A stretch of 64,000 nt of DNA. Source: Octopus sinensis. Lineage: Eukaryota. The stretch is taken from NCBI RefSeq assembly GCF_006345805.1, contig NC_043009.1:47926001-47990000 (forward strand). Reading direction: 5' to 3'. The notes under the pieces are model-generated. The model saw nothing but the letters and a program-made list of their open reading frames with translations, was not told the DNA's origin and did not search any database. Position numbers and translations under genes: made by a program. Shown piece by piece: positions 12,560 to 25,575 of this stretch (its first letter is position 1; each line of letters starts with the position of its first letter).

Positions 12560-13560
12560 ATATACAATAAGTGCTTGTTTGTAGGAACAAGGCATTCACC
12601 ATAGTACAGCAAAGCCCTGTATTGCCAGCTGAGGGATTAATTCATGAAACTTTTGCCACTCTGTTCTTACTTTTGCAAATATGCTTTCAGAACACCTATT
12701 GCTACTACTAGGTAACAGATCACCTAGGTAACAGAATACACCAATTATTTCTAGGGAGCATTCAAAATCTTTGTAAGAATTTATTTTACTGATTTTCTTA
12801 CTACTAACTACACCTGAGCATCAATTACGTACAAAATGTTTTTGTCTCTGTCAGACTTCCTGTGATTTCACAGGCAATCTGACATACTGTATACTCTTAG
12901 GTTACATTTTATTTGTACGCTGTATAGATACATAGTTATTATCTTCCACTTTTCAGCATATTAAGCATGGCCACCTTCCAGATGACAGTACAGTCCCGTC
13001 TTCTTTTCCACTAAAACCTATGTTTTTTTTTCACTAGGCTTACTTTGGGGCCACTTGAAGAATCAAGGTTTTGTTTCTTTAACAGATTCAGGTATGAGGA
13101 TTATGTCACCAGCATACAGAAGTTTCCATGGACAGACAGACAGAGTTATGACCGGGAGAATAGGCTGCACTCTAAATCCTTTGCTGAACTCATGCTAAGT
13201 CTCACCTTGCTAATGTTAATTATCTATTTATATGGCTTACACATCTCTCACAAGCCATTCATCTACACTTAGTTTTCTTAGTAACCACCAGACAACTGAA
13301 TGATGGACCCCCATGAAAGTCCTTCAGGTCACACAATGTGCATAGTGGATCACATTTAATTAAGAACTTCTCTTGCTGTTGTTTCACTAGCAATAGGGCA
13401 TGAGTGGCACTCCTCTATCCTGAGGTACACTTGGAATGCGTTTCCTCTAAGTTTCCTTTCTTATCAGTTGTGCTATATCTCTTTCTGATGTTGTTATAAC
13501 CCCATCCATCAGTTTGAAGCCTCTATAGTTGCAACTTTCTAGAACATTTCTTATGTTCTT
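12560..13560 (-). pseudogene. Old, decayed RTE-clade LINE RT fragment
   Basis: Minus-strand pieces CPWKLLYAGDIILIPES, YLGDLL..SNRCSES and KVRTEWQKFHELIPQL parallel the RTE ORF at 16624-17520. Confidence 0.7.
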
Positions 13561-13835
13561 GTAGTAGTTGACGATGCTAATGATGTTATTCCTACATCAG
13601 TGATTAGTTGTGAATCCTCCCTTACTACGTGAGCGACTATGAGAATGAATAATATGTGTCCTTCTCACCAGATATATTTTTACCATTTCAGAGGTCATCC
13701 CTGAAATTCCAGCTACTTCTCATGCTTTCATAACCTTAGTTGCACTTTCACTGTTACAGCTGTCAATTTAGATAGCTCATCCCTTAGTTGGGTCAACTTG
13801 AACTACAGCCTCTCTCTCCCATACATATTCTTTCT

Positions 13836-14197
13836 TTCATTCATTTTTTCACTTGTTTCAGTCATTTGACTGCGGCCATGCTGGAGCACCACCTTTAGTC
13901 GAGCAAATCGACCCCGGGACTTATTCTTTGTAAGCCCAGTACTTATTCTATCGGTCTCTTTTTGCCGAACCGCTAAGTGACGGGGGACGTAAACACATCA
14001 GCATCGGTTGTCAAGCAATGCTAGGGGTACAAACACAGACACACACGCATACATATATATATACATATATACGACAGGCTTCTTTCAGTTTCCATCTACC
14101 AAATCCACTCACAAGGCATTGGTCGGCCCGGGGCTATAGCAGAAGACACTTGTGGTTGGTTAGCAAGCTACTTACCACACAGCCACTCCTGCACCTA
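13836..14197 (-). mobile_element. SINE family A, young copy with internal deletion
   Basis: Near-identical to the 62536-62937 copy; retains CpGs; lacks the B-box segment. Confidence 0.85.
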
Positions 14198-15096
14198 TGC
14201 CTCATTCAGAAACACTTTTAGTAATATTTCTAAGCCTCTTTCCTCTCAATGCTAGTAAGTGCAAGGGCACTATCATTCCTTATAATCTCTACTCAAAAGA
14301 CACCTGGATTTTACACTAACATATTACTTTGCAACCTGGAATACCTCACTCCACTGATCACCTTGTCACATAACATTGGCAAACTTCTTACTTTCAGCTT
14401 CTACCCATGATATATACATTATGTAAAATCAATAATCATTTGTTTTATAAATCAATCCAAAAACTAATTTTATTTGATCTAATTTACATTACAATATATT
14501 TTAGTTAACAAGTCTGGTAACTGAAATTGAAATCTAGAAATATAGATGAAGGGAGATAACTAATATTTAAAAAAAAATTATAAGCCTCATCACTCAAGGG
14601 CAATAACTTAATACTTCAGTTTTGATGATACAAAATTAAACTAAATGGCCAACAATTAATAAATAGCAAAGGCTGGACAGGTAATACAGCTTTTAGTCAT
14701 AGCAGTGGATTCACTAGAATTGTACACCTTGAAGGTATCACTTAATTTTTATTTCAAATAAGCTGGCTTCATAGCTAGGGAATATCAACTAGTTGTGTAT
14801 CTGCAAACTGAATGGACCCTTCTGTGAGTGTGCAATAATCTTCATTCATTTAATGACTCTATAGACACTTTTTTAAATATTCCATTTGAATTCTTCACCC
14901 CCATTTTTTTCAGTATATTATTGTTATTTTATTTATGAACTCACCAAGCAGTAAGCGTGATTTCATTAAATGGATGAAAAACTATTTATATACTATGAAA
15001 AATAAGTCATCGTCTTCATCATCATCATCATCATCAATAAAAATTTATGAAAAATTTATGAAAAATAAGTCATCATCGTCGTCGTCGTCGTCATCG

Positions 15097-15177
<81 letters not shown>

Positions 15178-15817
15178 ATAAAAGTTTATTAACTTTGAAT
15201 AATCGTTATCATCACCACTATCATTATCAGCAACATTATCATCGTCGTCATCATCATCATCATCATCATCATCACTACCATCCATACCACCACCACCACC
15301 ACCACCATCACCACCAACGCTGCCATTAACATTATCGTCATTCACATTGTTACCAATGTCACTATCCCCACCCAACACCAACGTCACTACCATCTACAAC
15401 TACACCACCACCACTACCACCACCACCACCACCACCACCACCATCACCACCCCACCACCACCATCACGACCACCAGTTTTTCACTCTTACACAACTTTGA
15501 TGGCCATAGCCATTTCTTCTCTGTTCCTCACTGTATTCAGCTAATACATCTATGCAACCAAACTTCCAAATTGTAGTAGAAGATTAATCATCTTTCTACC
15601 ATATTTGCCCCCCACCGTCATCTTTGAGCGCCGTTTATACATTTCAATGAACTAGGATTTCACTACACAATTTAACATCAAAGTAAATAAAAGTGTGTAT
15701 ATTTATAGAACTTGATGATGGAAAAATTCTACTAAAACTATTAGTGTAAATGAACAATGAAAGAGGATGCTTATAGAATGATAAATGTTTACCATCCTGT
15801 TAATACCTCACATCAGT

Positions 15818-17725
15818 ATCATCATCATCATTTAATGTCCCTTTTCCATGCTAGCATGGGTTGAACAATTCAACCAGGGTCTGGAAAGCCAGGAGTCTGC
15901 ACCAGGCTCCCGTCTTATCTGGCAGTGTTTCTACAGCTGGATGCCCTTCCTAACACCAACCACTCCATGAGTGTAGTGGGTGCTTTCTGCATGCCACCAG
16001 CACAGGGGCCAGAGGAGGCTGGCAATGGCCATGATTGGTTGGTGCTTTTTACATACCACCGGCACGGAAGCCTGTCAAGGCAGCGCTGGCATCGGCCACA
16101 TTCAGATGGTGCTTTTTACATGCCACCAGCATGGGTATCACAACAATTTCCATTTGACTTTTATTTTGATTTTGATTCTGATTTTGATTTTGATGTTGAT
16201 GTACTTGACTCAATAGGTCTCCTCAAGCACAGCAGGTCTCCCTATGATCCAAAAGGTAAGTCCTGCAATCTAAGGTACTTTGAATGGGCTGGGGCTGGTT
16301 ATGTGAAGCTGGTGTAGGATACAGCCATGAACTCACTTTATTTGTTGGGTCTTCGCAGTCACAGCATATCTCCAGAGGTCTCGGTCTTTCATCATTGCCT
16401 CTGTGAGGCCCAACGTCTGAAGGTCATGCTCGACCACCTCATCCTTTGTCTTCCTGGGTCTACCTCTACCCCAGATTCCTTCAACTGTTAGGGAATGGCA
16501 CTTCTTCACACATCTCTCCTCATCCATCCATAGTACATGACCATACCAGTGCAAACGTCTCTCTTGTACACCACACCTGATGCTTCTTATGTCCAGCATT
16601 TCTCTCAGGGTGCTTACACCCTGTCATGTGTGCACATTGATATTACACATCCAGTGGATATTGCTAGCTTCATTTCTTTCGAGCCTACGCATGTCCTCCG
16701 CAGTCACGGCCCATGTTTCACTGCTGTGAAGCATAGCAGTTCGCATACATGCATCATACAATCTACCTTTCACTCTGAGCGAAAGGCCCTTTGTCACCAG
16801 TAGGGGTAGAAGCTTTCTAAACTTTGCCCAGGCTATTCTTATTGTAGTGGTAACACTCTCTGAGCATCCACCCCCACTACCAACTTGGTCGCCTAGGTAG
16901 CGAAAGCTATCAACTACTTCTAGTTTCTCCCCCTGGAGTGTGATGGAATCTGTTTTCTGAGCATCTGTGGTGTCTATTGCCCCTGTGCATCTGCTGCACA
17001 CGAAAGCTATCATCTTGGTTAATTTTCCTTTGATGTTGCTGCACCTCTTACGTGTCCATAGCTTACACTGAGTACATCTTATGGAGTTTCTACCTACACT
17101 TTTTCTACTAAAAAGTGTAGGGGTGTGTGATGAGTTCGCCTTCCTACTTTCTATAACTTTGGTCTTTGCTACGTTGACTCTAAGGCCTTTTGATTCTAAA
17201 CCTAGCTTCCACACCCAAAATTTCTTTTCTAGTTCCGGTAGTGATTCTGCTATGAGGGGCAGGTCATCATCATAGAGGAGCTCCCAAGGGCAACCCATCT
17301 TGAATTGCTCTGTTACTGCCTGGAGGACTATGATGAATAAAAGGGGACTGAGGGCTGAACCATGGTGAACCCCTACTGCTACCTGGAATTCTTCACTATA
17401 CTCATTGCCAATCCTAACTTGTATAGGGCCTGTACAGACTTTATTGTCAATCTCCAATTTCCGCATCGCCCACCAGATAAGGGATCGGGGAACCCTGTCA
17501 AAGGCTTTCTTGAAGACCACAAAAGCTAAGCATAGGGGTTTATCTTTAGCTAGGTATTTCTCCTTCAGTTGTCAAACCAGGAATATGGCATCAGTGGTGC
17601 TTCTACCCGGCACAAAACTGAACTGCATCTCATCTTAAGCAGACTCTCTCCCTAATGAGATGGGCTATGACTCTCTCCGTGAACTTCATCACCTGATCCA
17701 GCAGTTTGATACCCCTATCTAAAAT
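15818..17725 (-). mobile_element. RTE-clade non-LTR retrotransposon, 5'-truncated, with RT pseudo-ORF and complete 3' UTR
   Basis: ORF 16624-17520 contains KAFDRVPRSLIWWAMRKL, GVHHGSALSPLLFIIVL, LLYDDDL and FRYLGD; ORF 16333-16599 contains RRLHWYGHV...GRGRPRKT; followed by an (ATCAAA)n stretch, tandem units and a (GAT)n tail. Confidence 0.95.
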
Positions 17726-17935
17726 ATAAATTTTCTGATATCAAAGCTAACAATTTTGTTCAATGAGGCCCACAATTCAGTACAAGAAGCTTGTTTCCTA
17801 ACCACATGGTTCTAGGTTCGGTCCCACTGTGTGTCACCTTGGACATGTGACTTCTACTATAGCCTCAGGCCAACCAAAGCCATGTGAGTGGATTTAGTAG
17901 ACAGAAACTTAAAGAAACCGATCATGCATATGCAT

Positions 17936-18490
17936 GAGGAAGCATGGAGGAGGAGGAAGCAGGGAGGAGGAGGAAGCAAGGAGGAGGAAGCAGGGAGGAG
18001 GAGGAAGCAGAGAGGAGGAGGAAGCAAGGAGGAAGCAGGGAGGAGGAGGAAGCAGAGAGGAGGAAGCAAGGAGGAGGAGGAAGCAGGGAGGAGGAAGCAA
18101 GGAGGAGGAAGCAGGAAGGAGGAGGAAGCAGGGAGGAGGAGGAAGCAGGGAGTAGGAGGAAGCAGGGAGGAGGAGGAAGCAGGGAGTAGGAGGAAGCAGG
18201 GAGGAGGAGAAGGCAAGGAGGAGGAGGAAGCAGAGAGGAGGCGGGAGCAGGAAGGAGGAGGAAGCAAGGAAGAGGAAGAAGCAGGAAGGAGGAGGAAGCA
18301 GGGAGGAGGAGGAAGCAGAGAGGAGGAGGAAGCAGGGAGGAGGAGGAGGAGGAAGCAGGAAGGAGGAAGCAAGGAGGAGGAAGAAGCAGGAAGGAGGAGG
18401 AAGCAGGGAGGAGGAGGAAGCAGAGAGGAGGAGGAAGCAGGGAGGAGGAGGAAGCAGGGAGGAGGAAGCAAGGAGGAAGCAGGGAAGAGG
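17936..18490. repeat. Purine-rich minisatellite, unit about (GGA)2-4AGCAG
   Basis: About 32 GAAGCA-anchored units of 11-20 bp. Confidence 0.95.
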
Positions 18491-19188
18491 ATGGGAAGTG
18501 GAGAGAGTAGGAGGAAACCCTGAAGACTGATAGCCCAAACGTTTCCAACAGTGTGAGCTCTTCTTAAGCACCTAAGAGCTGCTGCTGCTATTGCTGTTAC
18601 AGATTTGGACCAATAGTACACTTTACCCATTGATGAATACTTCTGATTATGCCTCAACCAGTAAATACAAACATTTAAACGGTGTAACCGTTTATTTCAC
18701 CTTTCTATGAAATATTGTCAGTTTTAGTAGATTTTTTTTTTCTTTTACAGATAACACAAAGTGATTAAGCAGATCCAGCTTATACCATTCACAACAAACT
18801 CATCTTCATCGTTTCATTCAGTCTCAATAAAATTATATAAGAGAAATAAACAATATTATGATAAAGCTTGTAATAAATCAAAACATTTAAGATCTCGTTT
18901 TGATTTTGTTTTGTTTATTTCATTTTATTTCATTTTATTTATTTATTTATTTATTTTTGCATTTGTGTGTGTGTATCTGGTTTATACATCAAGTAAAGAT
19001 AATAAAAGTCTATATAAATTTCAGAGACTGATAAATGTAGTATATAAAACTAAATTACTGAACATTCTGTTACAGCTGAAGATGAAAAAAAAAAACAGAA
19101 AAACATTCAGTTCTGAGATCACAGAAGACAGTTGTTTTATGGAATGTTAGAGTGTACGTGCATATGTGCAAGTATGTATGCCTGTAAC

Positions 19189-19222
<34 letters not shown>

Positions 19223-19324
19223 TGTGAGAGACAGAGAGAGTAATGAATACTATAGAACAAGGGGTGAAATTTTAGTAAAGCAAAAATATGTGATCTAGTT
19301 TCAATTCCAACTTATTTATTATTA

Positions 19325-19465
19325 TAAGGTTGTCCCAAAAGTTCATAGAAAGTCTTGGAAAATAATGGTCTTTATTTTGAGGAATAATTTTGGTTGTTTT
19401 TGTTAGTACTTAGCAAGTAAAAATTCAATTTTCGCAAGTGTTTACGAACTTTTGGGACAACCTAA
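19325..19465. mobile_element. Mariner MITE (141 bp)
   Basis: TA|TAAGGTTGTCCCAAAAGTTC ... GAACTTTTGGGACAACCTAA|TA. Confidence 0.9.
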
Positions 19466-19504
<39 letters not shown>

Positions 19505-19781
19505 AAGGCATAGGAGTGGCTGTGTGGTAAGTAGCTTGCTTACCAACCACATGGTTCCGGGTTCAGTCCCACTGTGTGGCACCTTGGGCAAGTGTCTTGT
19601 ACTATAGCCTCAGACTGACCAAAGCCTTATGAGTGTATTTGCAAATACTGATAGGGCACAGAAAGCGTGTCAATAGCCAGCTGGAGGAGGTGTCCTCCAG
19701 GGGCTACAAGCTACAGTAGCATCCACCCTTAGGGATTAGCCACATTTAAGTGGCAAATATACTTCACGATATATTATTTAC

Positions 19782-19818
<37 letters not shown>

Positions 19819-20531
19819 GTCAATCCTCATCATTAGCATCATCAACATTCAATGTCCATTCTCTTCTCCATGCTGTTATGGGTTGAACAATTTGATAGAT
19901 TCCAGCAAGCTGTAGGGCTGTGTGTGTGTGTGTGTTGGGGGGAACAACTTCTTTTTTAGACATGACATACTGAAGACATGACTATATTCTAGTTTATTTA
20001 TATTGTTAAGAATTGTTTATAGATTTAAGAACTTTGTTATTTAGACTTAAGTTCTTAATATTTCTAGACCTTCACAGCCTCATCATCAGGATGCACAGTG
20101 TTATTGGCATGTGTAACTGCCTCTGTTTTGAAATAACATTCACTTACTACAAAAGGGACAGTTATACACTCCAATAACATTTTATACCATAAAGATGGTA
20201 AAAAAATTCAAAAATAATGACCATGGATTTAAGAGTATTTATTATTGTTCCAAACAAACAGCAAGGCACTCACAAAAACCTTAGCAAAAGAAGGATAATA
20301 CTAGCAAATAGCTAGCTTTTCAATACAACATGCATGTGTGTGTGTGAGTGTGTGTGAATGTGTGTCTTCCTTGGGGTTGGTGTTAGGAATGGTGTCCAGC
20401 AATAGAAAACATGCCAAAGCAGATATTGAAGCACAATGCACTCCTTGCACTTGTTGGATCTGGTCAAAATCATCCAATCCATATCAGCTTGGAAGATGGA
20501 CATTGAAAGATGATGATATTGATGATGATAG

Positions 20532-20580
<49 letters not shown>

Positions 20581-20749
20581 ATAAAAGACAGGTGATCGTT
20601 AAATGGCAGCCAAACCTTGTCTGCCTAGATTCTGTTTTGTATTATTTGACAGTGGATTTTAATCATTTGAATCCAGTTTCAGCACAGACCTGTCAGTATC
20701 CATTATACATCTATATTCTTATCCATTATATATTTATATATATATATAT

Positions 20750-20945
20750 ATAGTTGAAATTTACAGAAAAACAAAAAGACAAAGACAGGTGTATAAACAA
20801 CAAGCAGGTGTATTAGTTTGATGCTTAGGAAGGTGAGAAAGTCTTTTACGTTTCGAGCCTACGCTCTTCAACAGAAAGGAACATGCAGAAATAAATAGAT
20901 AGAGAATAATAAAAAAAAACTTGTGGATTTAGCGGTCATTCATGG
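20750..20945 (-). mobile_element. Penelope-like terminal fragment (family P1) with hammerhead motif
   Basis: Homologous to 59850-60045; abuts (TA)n; contains the hammerhead-like fold at 20844-20878. Confidence 0.6.
20844..20878 (-). ncRNA. Minimal type I hammerhead ribozyme-like motif (A6U mutated)
   Basis: CUUU-CUGUUGA-A-GAGC-GUAG-GCUC-GAAAC-GUA-AAAG. Confidence 0.55.
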
Positions 20946-22712
20946 TATATATAACTAATGTGTGGTCGGATGGTTATACTTCACAACTGCAAGTTACAGA
21001 GCTCAATTCCACACCATGGCACTTTGAGCAAATGTCATTTTCTACAGCCTCAAGTCAACACATATCTTGTGAGTGAAATTGGGCAGATGGAAATTTGTAC
21101 AGAAGCCCATCAGAAGCATTTCTTAGAATAGTAGTCTGTACTTGCTCATTATGTTTTTCCTTTGTAGCTAGGTGAACTGAACCATTAAATGTCTTTGCAA
21201 TGAATAAAACACAATAAAACATAATGCTGGTAGTCTAACAGGTCAACATCCTCTCAAATCAGTCAGTTTTAGCTCTTCTGACTAAGTTTGATAGTTCTCC
21301 ATGCCATAAATATATCTGTAGTAATAGTTTTTTAACATGCATGATAAAAAGAAAAGGAGTAAATGTTTCAGTAAGGAAACACAACAGCCAAATGAATACA
21401 CACACATATATAATTGGTTGTAGATATGTATGTGTGTGTGTGTATATGTGTGTATACACTGAACTGCGTTCTTGACTAACATGTATGACATTATTTAAAC
21501 ATCACTAAATTGTAAGAGCACTAGAAATAGCTACTTCAAACTTAATTAGAATAATATCTCTCCCTTAAGATTTCATGTTTGTTTTAGAGCAAAAATTGGC
21601 ACCAGCTCTTCCTTAACACAATGGCCAGTACTGACAAATTGAAAACCAGTTTATGAAAGAGTTTCTGGCCTGATAGTCAAACATTATTTATATGTAAATA
21701 TTGTTTTTGAACAATAAAAAAATCAGATAAAATTTTAAAAATTTAAACTTCATAAATTTTCTAATTTATGAAGTCACATTTCTCTTCAGTGAAAGAATTC
21801 AATCCAATATAAGCACAGGAGTGGCTGTGTGGTAAGAAGCTTGCTTCTTAACCACATGGTTCTGGATTCAGTCCCACTGCGTGGCAGGCGAGTGTCTTCT
21901 ATTATAGCCTCAGGCCAACCAAAGCCTTGTGAGTGGATTTAGTAGACGGAAATTGAAAGAAGCTTGTAATATATATATTTATGTATGTTTTCGTGTGTCT
22001 GTGTTTGTCCTCCCACCATCGCTTGACAACCAATGTTGGTGTATTAAGGTGGCAAGCTGGCAGAATCATTAGCACGCTGGACGAAATGCGTAGTGGTATT
22101 TCGCCCATCGCTACATTCTGAGTTCAAATTCCACCGAAGTCCAACTTCAATGGTTAATAAAATAAGTACCAGCTGAACACTGGAGTCGATGTAATCGACT
22201 CATCCCCACCTCCCCCAAGCTGCCCTTGTGGCAAAAATTTGACATAATAATAATAATAATAATAATAATAACTGCCCTGATACAGAACCAGTTAGTGGCT
22301 CTCATGGCTTCTGATCTTAAATGATTGGAAGTGTTATCATGTACATTGTTTTATCTTGGTATAAAAGATGGGCTACAGCAAACATTCTGCTCAATACCAC
22401 AGAGCATTCTTAGAGGAATTCTTAGAGGTTTAGATAATTCGCCTTTGCAAACATGTTCAACATCCTTAAATAATCCTTATTCAGGAACCTTTTGAGCAGG
22501 ATGGGCTACTTGATCAAAAGAAAATTTTAACTGGGCCCCACCTGCAAGGTCATGCACTGTTTATCTTGATATGAGATCAGCATGTCATGCACATATGGTT
22601 GTGATGCATGTGCCTGGTGTACCCTTATCAGACGGGTAGTCATGATGGGTATACTGGGCTTTGTATATTTTACCCCAGTGTCACTTTGATAGTATGCACT
22701 GCTCTCTCACTC

Positions 22713-22754
<42 letters not shown>

Positions 22755-23723
22755 ATTATTATTATTATTATCATCATTATTACTGTGCCTATCAGACTTA
22801 TACTTATGTAGTTCCTGAGCCTACAACTTTTGGTCTCTCATCTGTAATACAGCCACATTAGATGCAAGGCCATTTTTGATATGAATGATAACTTCAAAAT
22901 AATGAGGCCCTGCCACTTCAAAGTGAGGTTAATGATTTCAAAATGAGGCTTTTCCACTTCAAAGTGAGAACACAGACAGCATAATGATCAGCTATATTTT
23001 CACATATGATTGTGAATCCTGATTACAAATATTGTATGATATCAAGACAAAGAGACAAAGGCACACCCACATACAGACTCATGCACACACATATGTACAT
23101 ATTTATCTATCCATAATATATGTAAGCCCAATCCATGCCAATATGAAAAATGGATGTTAAATGATGATGATGATGATAATGATGATGATGAAACATACAT
23201 ACACATATACATACACACACACACACACACATACCTCATGGTTTTTTCATCAGTTTCTACCAATCAAATCTATTTGTAAGGTTTTGGTCAGCTCAATCAG
23301 TCCAATCCATGCTAATATGGAAAATGGGTGTTAAATGATAATGATGATGATGATACACACACACACACACATGAAGGCGCATGGCTCAGTAGTTAGAGTG
23401 TTGGGCTCACAATCATAAGGTAGTAAGTTCAATTCCTGGACTGGCTGTGTGTTGTGTTCTTGAGCAAGATGCTTTATTTTCATGTTGCTTCAGCTGTAGG
23501 ACTGAGTTGTAATGACACTGGTATCAAGCTGTATTGGCCTTTGCCTTTCCCTTGGGTAACATTGGTGGCATAGAGAGGGGAGGTTTGCATGCATGGGTGA
23601 CTAATGGTCTTCCATAAAAACAGCCTTGCCTGGACTTGTACCTCGGAGGGTAACTTTCTAGGTGCAATCCCATTGTCATTCATGACCAATGGGGGTCTTT
23701 ACCCTTGACCTCTATATATATAA

Positions 23724-23756
<33 letters not shown>

Positions 23757-25205
23757 ATGGTCTTCTTTCAGTTCCTTCTTATCAAATCCATTCACAAAGT
23801 TTTGGTCAGTCCAGTTCTTTAGTAGAAGACACTTGCTAAATGTGCCACACAGTGGAACTGAATTAAAAAAACTACAAGGTTATGAAGAAACAATCTTCCT
23901 AACCACGCAACCATGCCTGTCCAGTTCCTGCTCACTAATTACACAATTCCAATGGATCAATCTTGAAACAACAGATTCCCCTTTTTTTCAAGACATACAA
24001 ACTTATCGATACCAATGATCTTCACTGCATATTTTTTTTACTGACACAGACCACTACAGGCTTACAAACTCATTTTCCTTTCTTCCACACGATGTTATTA
24101 CTTCTAAGTTTGCACACTTCAATGTTTGACAAAGAAAATAATTTACTCAAATCTTAATAATCTTTAAATATTTACACAACTGTCTTACAAACCACTGATA
24201 GCATTTGAATTGGATAGTTTTATTGATTGTTAAAATAACCTCTATAGCTAACAGTGCACTTATCCAACTTTTGTGTTTGTTTTTATTTTAGCCTTTTTGC
24301 TTATTTGTTTGCTTGTTTGTTTATTTTCTTTGTTATTCAGTTAATTGTTAAAGCCATCATTCATAAAGGGCTTTATTCCAACATAAATTCACTGTGAGTT
24401 AAGTGGTGCAAACACTAAATCAATACAAGTAATTGACCAACATAAAAGTCCAACAGACATCTATCTCTGTCTCTATCTGTCGATCTGTCTCTCTCTCTCT
24501 TCTGTCCAGGCCTGCATGGTTCTTGACAGGAATACATGGTTGGTGATTATGATTGTTTAGCTCCAAGTCAGCCTTGATTCAACAGACTAAATTATCAGAT
24601 ATATCACTTGTAACCAGCTTGTCCTTTTAACTCTGGGTATAGTGTACCTAAGGTTTTGCTAACCAATGTTTAATTGCTTCTTGTTTTTTTCCAGATAGTA
24701 TGATTTCAAGGATTATTGGCTGCTATTTCTAACAAGTTCAATGGCCATGTAGATGTCCCTTCACAGAGTTGCTATTCGTCAATGCCTAAGTTAAAGAGTG
24801 ATATCATTAATATAGCCACGTGTAGCTATGTAAATGAGCTCCAGTCTTATGATGAAAAGCAGTTCTACCACATATATACTACTTCCAATCAGCTAAGCTG
24901 GTCTTGAACATAAAATTATAAAGACATAATTAATTCTAACACTCTAAGAAACCTCATGACAAGGGTAATTAATAAATTCTCCTTCAGTCAGAAAGACTTT
25001 CCTTTATTTCCTTGTTATTTATAGATGAAAAACAAAATCACCCACACAAATAACTGATCTCAGAACAACAGGAAACCTGTATAGATAATCTGCAACATAG
25101 AGAATTCATGGATGCCTGCTTGACTACGTTTGTTTTGGAAACATCAGAATCAAGTTTACGTCTAACCTTGCCCCAACATGCTTCTTGTTATCATTTTATT
25201 CATCA

Positions 25206-25563
25206 CTAGCAGTATCGCCCGGCGTTGCTCGGGTTTGTAAGGGAAATAACTATATAAGCATTTTTAGAGAGTTATAGCCAAAAAACAGCCAAAAAATGCA
25301 TTAAATGATGGTAAATTTCTTTTTAAATCGTTGACTCATTGTAGATATTTTTAGAGAGTTACTTCCCTTATATAATAGCGAAAAAATGCATTAAAATGGA
25401 ATTGTAGACTCATCGTAGATGTGCACTAATACCCAGAAGGGCTCGATATGAATCACGACTATAAGATACCCGGTTTTGGTTAAACTGCACCGCAAAATGT
25501 GGGAGTAGTTAGGAATCTAAATCGTAGGAGACAGACACACAACCTCTCTTTTATATATAAAGA
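25206..25563 (-). mobile_element. Non-autonomous Helitron (358 bp)
   Basis: Minus strand begins A|TCTTTATATATAA and ends CCCGAGCAACGCCGGG hairpin + atactgCTAG|T, the diagnostic Helitron termini and AT target; internal duplicated blocks. Confidence 0.85.
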
Positions 25564-25575
25564 TTTCCATTTATA

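Noticed and set aside
14990-15480. Poly-Ser/Asp/Thr ORFs and duplicated aaaatttatgaaaaataagtcatc motif
   Set aside because: Compound (ATC/GTC/ACC)n microsatellite with local slippage duplication; the same applies to 44700-45040.
17857-18657. 200-266 aa ORFs on both strands
   Set aside because: Open only because the purine minisatellite lacks stop codons; low-complexity in all frames.
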